Assembly (NCBI GenBank): GCA_900543305.1
Contig: UQQZ01000001.1
Span: forward strand, 4,083-68,082
Source of the DNA: an uncultured Oscillospiraceae bacterium
Lineage (GTDB): Bacteria; Bacillota; Clostridia; Oscillospirales; Acutalibacteraceae
DNA: 64,000 nt
Reading direction: 5' to 3'
Part shown: in pieces, positions 56,482-64,000 of the stretch
Position numbering within the stretch: the stretch's first letter is position 1
How the letters are laid out: each line of letters opens with the position of its first letter
The notes under the pieces: generated by a model
Databases searched by the model: none
What the model saw: only the letters and a program-made list of their open reading frames with translations
Told to the model about the DNA's origin: nothing
Translations under genes and position numbers: made by a program

Positions 56482-57327
56482 GTGAAAATATCCAGACAGG
56501 GTGGATTTGAGGGTTGGTATTTCAAACACCAGAAAGAAGATGACATGGTAGCATTCATCCCTGGTCAGGCCGAGAGCGGTGCTTTTATTCAATTGATTTC
56601 ACAAGAAGGCGCCCGACAATTTGAAGTTAGCCAGATGACCGTCAGAGAAGATGGGATACAAGCTGACCGGTGTCGGTTCTCAAAGCAGGGGTGTCATATT
56701 GAGTTGCCCGGTATCCACGGCGAAATTATCTACGGACCATTTGCACCTCTCCGTTCCGACATCATGGGGCCATTTCGTTTTTTCCCTATGGAGTGTCGGC
56801 ACGGTGTACTCAGCATGGCCCATGACCTCCAGGGCAATCTCACAATAGACGGGCGTCTGCACAACTTCGACGGTGGTCGGGGCTATGTTGAAAAAGACAG
56901 CGGAACCTCCTTCCCCAGCTCTTACCTGTGGATGCAGTGCAACGATTTCCCAGTATTTTGTTCTATCATGATCTCCATCGCCCATATTCCCTTTTGCGGA
57001 TTTTCCTTTCAGGGATGCATTTGCGCCATTCTCTATCAGGGCAAGGAGTATCGTTTGGCAACGTACAGAGGCGTTAGACTCCGGTCATTGAGCGCCAACC
57101 ATATCTGTTTGTCCCAAGGCAATCTGCGTCTGGAATTGGACATGGTTCCCTCCCATGGAGGTCACCCTCTCCGTGCGCCTCAGGGAGGGAAAATGTCCAG
57201 CACCATCCGGGAAAGCTGTAATGCTAAGCTGCGGGCAAGACTTTGGGAGAGAGGAAAGCCTGTATTTCACCTGCAAAGCGACCATGCAGTCTATGAATTC
57301 GTACCGAATCTTTGTGGTTCAAGTTGA
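56482..57327 (+). CDS. Tocopherol-cyclase-like family protein
   Basis: The GTG at 56482 lies 7 nt after AGGAGGG. The FEGWYFKHQ N-terminal motif is present. Confidence 0.6.
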   Translation: MKISRQGGFEGWYFKHQKEDDMVAFIPGQAESGAFIQLISQEGARQFEVSQMTVREDGIQADRCRFSKQGCHIELPGIHGEIIYGPFAPLRSDIMGPFRFFPMECRHGVLSMAHDLQGNLTIDGRLHNFDGGRGYVEKDSGTSFPSSYLWMQCNDFPVFCSIMISIAHIPFCGFSFQGCICAILYQGKEYRLATYRGVRLRSLSANHICLSQGNLRLELDMVPSHGGHPLRAPQGGKMSSTIRESCNAKLRARLWERGKPVFHLQSDHAVYEFVPNLCGSS

Positions 57328-57468
57328 TTCCAACGGCGCATCCGCATTTTCTTCCTCTCAGACCGGGGGAAAACAGGAAATGGGCCAACCTCGTATTCAG
57401 CATCTCCACCCTGCGGATTTCTCTGTCTGGACCACACTGTTACAAAAACCATCATCGAGGAGGAGTAT

Positions 57469-58767
57469 ATGGAATCATTATGGGAGCAATCTTGGAAACC
57501 GTTGGAATTTTCTGTTCAGGAGGGAGACATGACCACCGATGTGTTGATTATCGGTGGCGGCATGGTTGGAGTTTTGTGTGCCTACCAGCTTCACCGCGCC
57601 GGAGTGCCCTATGTGCTGACAGAAGCGGAAACCATATGCAGCGGCATCACCAAGAACACCACCGCTAAAATTACCAGCCAACACGGGCTGATTTACCACA
57701 AGCTGATTTCCAAGTTCGGAATCCAGCAAGCAAAACTATATCTTACAGCCAACCAGGAGGCCCTTCAACAATATCGTAACTTGTGCCGGGGAATCGACTG
57801 TGACTTTGAGGAGAAGCCTGCCTACACCTATACTCTCAACGACCCCCGCAAAATTGAGAAGGAATTGAATGCTTTGGAGCAGCTGGGATTTCCAGCGGAA
57901 TTTGCAGATACGCTCCCCCTTCCTTTTTCCGTTGCCGGCGCGGTCAAATTTCCCCATCAGGCGCAGTTTCATCCACTGAAATTCGTTTCCAGCATTGCCA
58001 AGGGCCTGCACATCTATGAGCACACCCGGGTGCGGGAACTGATGGGCACTACGGCTGTGACGAATCGAGGCAGAATCCGTGCCAAGAAGATCATTGTGAC
58101 CACCCACTTTCCCTTTCTCAACAAGCACGGCAGTTATTTTCTCAAGCTGTACCAGCACCGCTCCTATGTGATTGCCTTGAAAAACGCCCCAGATGTGGAC
58201 GGCATCTATGTGGATGAAGCGCAAAAAGGCATGTCCTTCCGAACCTACGACCATTTGCTGCTTGTAGGGGGTGGAGATCATCGAACCGGAAAAAAGGGCG
58301 GCGGTTGGCAGGAACTGCTAGACTTTGCCCAGCAGTATTATCCCCAAGGGGAGGAAGAATACCGCTGGGCCGCACAGGACTGTATGAGCCTGGACAGCGT
58401 CCCCTATATTGGACCCTATTCCGCCTCTACGACAAATTTATATGTGGCCACCGGTTTCAACAAGTGGGGGATGACCACCTCCATGGCAGCTTCTAACATT
58501 CTCAGCGATCTAGTGCAGGAAAAGAAAAATCCCTATGTGGAGGTCTTCTCCCCTTCTCGCTCCATTCTCCATCCTCAATTGGCTGTCAATGGTTGGGAAG
58601 CTGTGGTCAGTCTGTTGACGCCTACCACCAAACGCTGTCCCCATCTTGGGTGTGCATTGAAATGGAATCCTGCGGAACACTCCTGGGATTGCCCCTGTCA
58701 CGGCTCCCGATTCACCGAGGGCGGAAAGTTGATCGACAACCCTGCAACGGGCAATTTGAAAAACTGA
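57469..58767 (+). CDS. FAD-dependent oxidoreductase with a C-terminal Rieske [2Fe-2S] domain
   Basis: VLIIGGGMVGV dinucleotide motif and CPHLGC...CPCHGS Rieske motif. Confidence 0.85.
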   Translation: MESLWEQSWKPLEFSVQEGDMTTDVLIIGGGMVGVLCAYQLHRAGVPYVLTEAETICSGITKNTTAKITSQHGLIYHKLISKFGIQQAKLYLTANQEALQQYRNLCRGIDCDFEEKPAYTYTLNDPRKIEKELNALEQLGFPAEFADTLPLPFSVAGAVKFPHQAQFHPLKFVSSIAKGLHIYEHTRVRELMGTTAVTNRGRIRAKKIIVTTHFPFLNKHGSYFLKLYQHRSYVIALKNAPDVDGIYVDEAQKGMSFRTYDHLLLVGGGDHRTGKKGGGWQELLDFAQQYYPQGEEEYRWAAQDCMSLDSVPYIGPYSASTTNLYVATGFNKWGMTTSMAASNILSDLVQEKKNPYVEVFSPSRSILHPQLAVNGWEAVVSLLTPTTKRCPHLGCALKWNPAEHSWDCPCHGSRFTEGGKLIDNPATGNLKN

Positions 58768-58776
58768 GGTGAGCCT

Positions 58777-60744
58777 ATGAGCAACCATCTGAAAAACCAG
58801 ACAAGCCCCTACCTGCTCCAGCACGCGGATCATCCGGTGGACTGGTACCCCTGGGGCGAGGAGGCTTTTTCCAAAGCTAGGAACGAGGACAAGCCCATCT
58901 TCTTGAGCATCGGTTACAGCACTTGCCACTGGTGCCATGTGATGGCCCATGAAAGCTTTGAGGACCCCGAAATTGCCGATCTTCTGAACAGATACTATGT
59001 GTCTATAAAAGTAGATAAGGAAGAGCGCCCGGACATTGACAGCATTTATATGGCGGTATGTCAGGCTTATACAGGCAGCGGCGGATGGCCCACCAGTATT
59101 TTCATGACCCCGGAGCAAAAACCGTTCTTTGCGGGAACCTATTTCCCCAAAACGTCTCGGTATGGGACAGTGGGCTTCAAAGAACTGCTGCTCCTCCTTC
59201 ACCAGAAATGGACGACGGAACGGGACAAGCTTCTTTCCTCCGCCGAAGAAATTACAAAGGCAGTAAATCGGGATCCTGTCTTCCGGTCACAAGCAGATGA
59301 AACCATCCTGGACACCGCCCTGCGATGGTTTCGGCAAAACTTTGACGCGTCCTTTGGAGGTTTTGGAGGAGCGCCCAAATTTCCCTCCCCCCACAATCTG
59401 CTGTTCCTGATGCAGGAATACGAAAAACACGGCGACAAGCAAGCCTTGCATATGGCGGAAGTGACTCTCCAAAGGATGTATGCCGGGGGTTTGTTCGATC
59501 ACATCGGATACGGATTTTGCCGGTATTCCACAGACCCCTATTATCTCATTCCCCACTTTGAAAAGATGCTCTACGACAACGCCCTGCTGATCCTCGCCTA
59601 CTGCAAAGCCTATGAAATGACGGGACGGTCCTTTTATTTGAAAGTTGCAAAACAGACAGCCTCCTATCTCTTCCACGAAATGTCCTCTCCCAACGGAGGC
59701 TTTTACAGTGCCCAAGATGCGGACAGCGATGGCGAGGAGGGAAAATACTATGGATTTACCCCGGAGGAAATTATGGAGGTTCTGGGGCCATCCCACGGCA
59801 CAGCTTTTTGTGAAGGGTTTGGCATTACCAAATCCGGAAACTTTGAGGGCAAGAGCATCCCCAACCTTCTTCACGCCAAGGATCTGACAGACCCCCGTTT
59901 TGATTCCCTCCTTCCGGCGTTGCGAGAGTACAGGCGCAGACGCACCCACCTGCACACGGATGACAAGATTTTGACAGCGTGGAATGCTCTCATGATTGCG
60001 GCACTGTGCAGACTGTATCGGTGCAGCCGGGATTCCAGTTATCTGGAAGCTGCAAAACGGACGCAAGATTTCATCGAAAACAACTTGTGCAATCAAAATA
60101 CGCTTTATGTAAGCATTCGAAAGGGCCGGGTGGGCGAACACGGCTTCCTAGATGATTACGCTAGCTATCTTTTTGCACTCCTTTCTCTGTATGACGCCAC
60201 ACTGGATCCCACGTTTTTGAACCGCGCCACAGAATTGATCCAGGAAACTGTCCTCCAGTATTACGATTGGGAGCAGGGTGGCTTTTATCTCAGCGGCACA
60301 GAGAACGAAAAACTTCTATTCCGTCCCAAGGAATGCTATGACGGAGCAATCCCCAGCGGGAATTCCCTCATGGCATATGTTCTTGTACGCATCCATGAAC
60401 TGCTCCCGGAGCACAGCAAGGAGGAGATTCTGAAGAAGCAGCTTGCCTATATGACAGGCAAAGCGCAACAGTATCCCGCTGGATTTTCGGGGTTTTTAAT
60501 GGCACTGTCGGATAATATGGAACCTCCGCTTTCCGTCACCGTGGTTCCGAAGGGAGATGATTTTCACTACCTTCCATGTGTGGTGCCTTCTGATGCCATC
60601 GTCAAGGTCCTGGATGGTCCGGTAGGCGATTATCAGCTGATTAACCATGAAACCACTTTCTATGTGTGCCAAAATCGGTCCTGTCTTCCACCCATGAATC
60701 AGCACCAACTACTGGCAAAGATACAAAAGCAAAATAAAATCTAG
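58777..60744 (+). CDS. Thioredoxin-domain/DUF255 protein (YyaL-like, with a six-hairpin glycosidase-like C-terminal part)
   Basis: [22 protein letters not shown] ... [11 protein letters not shown] motif. Confidence 0.85.
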   Translation: MSNHLKNQTSPYLLQHADHPVDWYPWGEEAFSKARNEDKPIFLSIGYSTCHWCHVMAHESFEDPEIADLLNRYYVSIKVDKEERPDIDSIYMAVCQAYTGSGGWPTSIFMTPEQKPFFAGTYFPKTSRYGTVGFKELLLLLHQKWTTERDKLLSSAEEITKAVNRDPVFRSQADETILDTALRWFRQNFDASFGGFGGAPKFPSPHNLLFLMQEYEKHGDKQALHMAEVTLQRMYAGGLFDHIGYGFCRYSTDPYYLIPHFEKMLYDNALLILAYCKAYEMTGRSFYLKVAKQTASYLFHEMSSPNGGFYSAQDADSDGEEGKYYGFTPEEIMEVLGPSHGTAFCEGFGITKSGNFEGKSIPNLLHAKDLTDPRFDSLLPALREYRRRRTHLHTDDKILTAWNALMIAALCRLYRCSRDSSYLEAAKRTQDFIENNLCNQNTLYVSIRKGRVGEHGFLDDYASYLFALLSLYDATLDPTFLNRATELIQETVLQYYDWEQGGFYLSGTENEKLLFRPKECYDGAIPSGNSLMAYVLVRIHELLPEHSKEEILKKQLAYMTGKAQQYPAGFSGFLMALSDNMEPPLSVTVVPKGDDFHYLPCVVPSDAIVKVLDGPVGDYQLINHETTFYVCQNRSCLPPMNQHQLLAKIQKQNKI

Positions 60745-61115
60745 AGGACCTTCTTCTGCACAGGAAAAGAGGTCTTCCGGTTGTTACTGTGATCATCTGA
60801 TTAGAACCTGAGGCCCTATAACGAAGCCGGAGTTCTGCCGGATTTAAAAAGAGGGAAAACGGAACCTTGGGTCAGAAAAGCAAACCGGCCCTGCAAAAAG
60901 CACCGTCATCTCCGTAAACCAACATGCTCCCCCTATGATTGACAGTGGTCTGTTTCACTGTCTCTCACAGAGGGAGCATGTCAGTATCTTCAAAATACTC
61001 TTTTCCATCTTGCCCAAAAACAGGCAGAGGGAAACTGTCGCGAGAGGGACGTTCCCCTGGGAAATGGAAAAAGACCTTTAGGGATATCCTCTTTCCAAAA
61101 GAACCCGGGGCCTCG

Positions 61116-61775
61116 TTAGTTGCTCATTGTCCAGGACATTTCCCAGAATGCCAGCTCATAGCGAGAACAAACGGTAAAAATATGGACGAGATGTTCTATC
61201 TGCTTTTCGCTGCAATTTTCCGTTATATGGTCAAGTTCTTTCAGAAGGATCTTATTTTCTTCCCTATAATCATCGGAAATATACCCCTTGATCCAATCGC
61301 CGTAAAAAGGGTCCTCCAAAGATGCAGGGTTATTTTTTACCATATTTTCGGCGATGACCTCATAGCTGTACGCACAGGAGAGAATGGCAGCAAGAATTTC
61401 CGCTTCCCCTTCTTCATAGGCCACACGGAGCATGTAGGAAGTGTAGGAAAGGCTATCGAGAGAACGGGGAGTGGAATCTATTTCTTCCTGCGACACACCC
61501 AATTTTGCCAGATATCCCTGGTGAACATTCAATTCCCCATTCATAACAGCAATGTACTTGGCAAACAGATTTGCTAGGGAAAGGCTCTTGGCTTTTGCGA
61601 CGCCTACCGCAAAGGTTTTCGCGTAGTCCTCTAAATACAGATAGTCCTGGATCATGTAATAGCGGAATTTATCTCTGTCCAAGGTGCCGTTTTGAATGCC
61701 CAAAACAAAGGGATGCTGGTTGTACGCTTTCCAAATGCCATCCGTTGCATGGAGCAGCTTTGCTGCTGTGCTCAT
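61116..61775 (-). CDS. tenA: Thiaminase II / aminopyrimidine aminohydrolase
   Basis: HPFVLGIQNGTLDRDKFRYYMIQDYLYL motif. It lies in the thi operon. Confidence 0.85.
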   Translation of the reverse strand: MSTAAKLLHATDGIWKAYNQHPFVLGIQNGTLDRDKFRYYMIQDYLYLEDYAKTFAVGVAKAKSLSLANLFAKYIAVMNGELNVHQGYLAKLGVSQEEIDSTPRSLDSLSYTSYMLRVAYEEGEAEILAAILSCAYSYEVIAENMVKNNPASLEDPFYGDWIKGYISDDYREENKILLKELDHITENCSEKQIEHLVHIFTVCSRYELAFWEMSWTMSN

Positions 61776-62587
61776 TCCGCGGCCTCCTTTGCGTATTCGC
61801 CCCCCAGATCAAATGCATGATTCATGGGCCCTGAACCTTTGCCCAGGTCCAGCATTGCCGCCAATGCTCCGGAAATATACTGTTTTGCCCTTTGTACAGA
61901 CTGAGCAAGAGAAAATCCCTTGGCAAGGTTTGCGGCGATTGCACTGGACAACGTACAGCCTGTACCGTGGGTATTGGGGTTATGGATGCGTTTTCCCTTA
62001 AACCACACCAGTTCTCCGTTGGCGTAAAGCAGGTCATTGGCATCGTTGATGCTGTGGCCCCCTTTGAGCAGGACAGAGCAGTGATAGGTGTCTCCTATTT
62101 GCTTGGCCGCCGCAATAATATCTTCTGTCGTTTCAATGGACAAGCCAGACAGAACTTCTCCTTCGGGAATATTGGGCGTAATCACCGTCGCGATGGGCAA
62201 CAGCTCTTCGATCAGAGATTGCACCGCATCCGTCTTCATCAGCGCAGAACCGGAAGTCGCCACCATTACCGGATCAACCACCACGTTCTTTGCTTTGTAA
62301 TGCTTCAGTCTTTCTGCAATCACATCTATCAATTCTCGAGAAGATACCATGCCGATTTTTACGGCATCGGGATAAATGTCCTGGAATACCGCGTCAATTT
62401 GCTGGCGCAAAAATTCAGGCGTAGACTCCTGAATGGCCCTCACACCTGTGGTATTCTGCGCCGTTAGCGCCGTTATGACGCTCATGGCGTAAACACCGTT
62501 CATCGTCATGGTTTTCAGGTCAGCTTGGATTCCGGCGCCTCCACTGCAATCGCTTCCCGCAATGGTCAATGCTGTTTTTAATTTCAT
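61772..62587 (-). CDS. thiD: Hydroxymethylpyrimidine/phosphomethylpyrimidine kinase
   Basis: ALTIAGSDCSGGAGIQADLKT ... THGTGCTLSSAIA. Confidence 0.9.
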   Translation of the reverse strand: MKLKTALTIAGSDCSGGAGIQADLKTMTMNGVYAMSVITALTAQNTTGVRAIQESTPEFLRQQIDAVFQDIYPDAVKIGMVSSRELIDVIAERLKHYKAKNVVVDPVMVATSGSALMKTDAVQSLIEELLPIATVITPNIPEGEVLSGLSIETTEDIIAAAKQIGDTYHCSVLLKGGHSINDANDLLYANGELVWFKGKRIHNPNTHGTGCTLSSAIAANLAKGFSLAQSVQRAKQYISGALAAMLDLGKGSGPMNHAFDLGGEYAKEAAE

Positions 62588-62716
62588 GGTTTCGTACTCC
62601 TTCCCTGCTTCAGCATTCTTTTATAGAGCGGCATAAGGTGGTGCCCCCAATGTGCCGCTTCAACCTGTTGGCTTGCTCTGTCAAAGGATATTTCCTAAAA
62701 GGCGGTAAAAATCTTC

Positions 62717-63367
62717 TCAAGCATTTACCATTTGCTCGGATAACTTCCGCAGCAAGCGGCACTCCCCTTCAATATCCTCCGCCGAAAAAATGGCGCTGAC
62801 CAGTGCTACACCGTCAACTCCTGTACCTGCAAGCTCCAGAAGATTGGATTTTCCAATGCCGCCGATGGCAACCACAGGAATATCCACCGCGGCACAAATT
62901 TCCCGGAGAACTTCTTTTGGCAGAACCTCTGCGTCCTTTTTTGTGGAAGTGGAGAACATAGCGCCTACTCCAAGACAATCCGCGCCGTTTTGAACTGCGT
63001 CCAGCGCTTCCTGAACAGAGTGGACGGATACGCCGATCATCATGCCGTCCCCCACCTTTTTGCGCACCTGGGCCGCTGCCATATCCTCTTGACCTACATG
63101 GATCCCGTCTGCCTGACATTGAATGGCAACTTCTACATTGTCATTGATAAAGAGGGGAACTCCATACTGCTTGCACAGAGCAGAGATTTCTTTGGCTTCT
63201 TCCAAAAACTCTTCCTGGCCCATTTCCTTCTCACGAAGCTGCACACAGGTTACACCGCCCTTTAAAGCGCATTCTACCTGTTCATACAAACTTTGCTTGC
63301 CGGTCCACGCCCGGTCAGTAACCGCGTAAAGCAGCATGGTATTCTTATCGCACTTCATAGTTCGCAC
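62717..63367 (-). CDS. thiE: Thiamine-phosphate synthase
   Basis: LYAVTDR ... VQLREK ... IGVS ... GGI motifs. The start could be 63358. Confidence 0.85.
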   Translation of the reverse strand: MRTMKCDKNTMLLYAVTDRAWTGKQSLYEQVECALKGGVTCVQLREKEMGQEEFLEEAKEISALCKQYGVPLFINDNVEVAIQCQADGIHVGQEDMAAAQVRKKVGDGMMIGVSVHSVQEALDAVQNGADCLGVGAMFSTSTKKDAEVLPKEVLREICAAVDIPVVAIGGIGKSNLLELAGTGVDGVALVSAIFSAEDIEGECRLLRKLSEQMVNA

Positions 63368-64000
63368 CTTTCTCCAGCATTTCTGGCGTCATATTGTAAA
63401 CCGCATCAATGATGTAATTTCGGTAAGTTGCGTTTCCGTCCATGGGGGACAGTCTCCCAAAAGCCACCTCTCCGGCATACCCCATTGTGGCAACTGCCGC
63501 AGCGGTCGCCTCCAAAGGACATTGGGGGTTAGCTGTCACAAAAGCTGTGGCCATGGCGGAAAGCTGGCAGCCTGTTCCCGTGACAGATGCCATCATGGGA
63601 TGGCCGTTTCGGATGCAGTAGGCCTTTTCCCCGTCCGCCACAATATCGATAGCACCGGTAATGGCAATTACCGCTCCTGTCTTCCGGGCAAAGGCCTTGG
63701 CAAACGAAATGGCTTGATCCAGGTTTTCCTCTGTCACCTGATCTGCCACGTCGGCGTCTACACCTTTTGTAGTGCCGCTTCCGGATGCAATGGTCTTGAT
63801 CTCGGAAATATTGCCTCGAATGACGGTAAACTTCACTTCCTTGAGAAGAGCCAGGGCAGTATCCATTCTCAGTTTAGATGCTCCAGCTCCCACGGGATCC
63901 AACAAAACCGGATGATTCAACTCATTGGCCCGTTTGCCCGCAATCAGCATGGAAGCAATGGTGCGGCTGTTCAGGGTACCAATATTGAGGTTGAGTCCCC
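63345..64000 (-). CDS. thiM: Hydroxyethylthiazole kinase, 5'-truncated by the window edge
   Basis: VLLDPVG ... IRGN.SEI ... TGTGC motifs. The frame stays open to position 64000. Confidence 0.85.
   Translation of the reverse strand, partial: GLNLNIGTLNSRTIASMLIAGKRANELNHPVLLDPVGAGASKLRMDTALALLKEVKFTVIRGNISEIKTIASGSGTTKGVDADVADQVTEENLDQAISFAKAFARKTGAVIAITGAIDIVADGEKAYCIRNGHPMMASVTGTGCQLSAMATAFVTANPQCPLEATAAAVATMGYAGEVAFGRLSPMDGNATYRNYIIDAVYNMTPEMLEKGANYEVR

Noticed and set aside
62588-62716. Possible TPP riboswitch in the thiE-thiD gap.
   Set aside because: The minus-strand reading contains GGGGCACC and AGGGAAGG, but the conserved CUGAGA box and the ACCUGAUCUGGAUAAUGCCAGC-type core are absent. 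The operon riboswitch, if any, is probably upstream of thiM, outside the window.
1-64000. CRISPR arrays, rRNA genes, IS elements with terminal inverted repeats.
   Set aside because: By eye I found no regularly spaced direct repeats other than the PEDPDN array, no rRNA-like sequence, and no transposase-like ORFs. The only recombinases are the two tyrosine types and the serine type described in the features and findings.

Overview
The window looks like chromosomal DNA from a GC-rich Clostridia-type Firmicute; this taxonomic call is inferred from gene content such as sigK, SipW, sortase B and thiamine genes. Most genes lie on the minus strand. From left to right it contains seven blocks. (1) A SipW-type signal peptidase operon with two TasA/BsaA-like matrix proteins, one carrying a (PEDPDN)15 repeat and an APQTG sorting signal. 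(2) A 7TMR-DISM histidine kinase, a secreted protein, and an OmpR-type response regulator broken by a frameshift in a G8 tract. (3) Small housekeeping and redox genes: HD hydrolase, TIGR04076, VanZ, aldo/keto reductase, cupin, CMD and flavodoxin. (4) A compact defence-type island. It holds a trypco2 gene paired with an uncharacterised HExxH protein, a lipoprotein, and a three-gene TerB-N/TerB-C + DUF2791-type ATPase + Lhr-like DEAH helicase operon (Shango-like). (5) glmM followed by a roughly 25-kb capsule/EPS locus (25.0-50.3 kb). Its visibly AT-rich central cassette carries Wzx, Wzy, glycosyltransferases, a pyruvylation module and pglFEDC-like genes. Its GC-rich regulatory module (CpsC/D/B, LCP) has a sortase B and an SPQTG substrate embedded in it. 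An active plus a degenerate tyrosine recombinase and a hairpin-rich leader lie upstream. (6) A large serine recombinase abutting the 5' fragment of a split sigK gene (skin-like arrangement). No sigK 3' half is visible anywhere in the window. (7) Ordinary genes (YoaK, tocopherol-cyclase-like, FAD/Rieske, YyaL) and tenA-thiD-thiE-thiM. I found no CRISPR array, rRNA or convincing tRNA. The best candidates for something new are the trypco2/HExxH pair, the Shango-like operon with its extra N-terminal domain, and the split sigK with its distant or missing partner.
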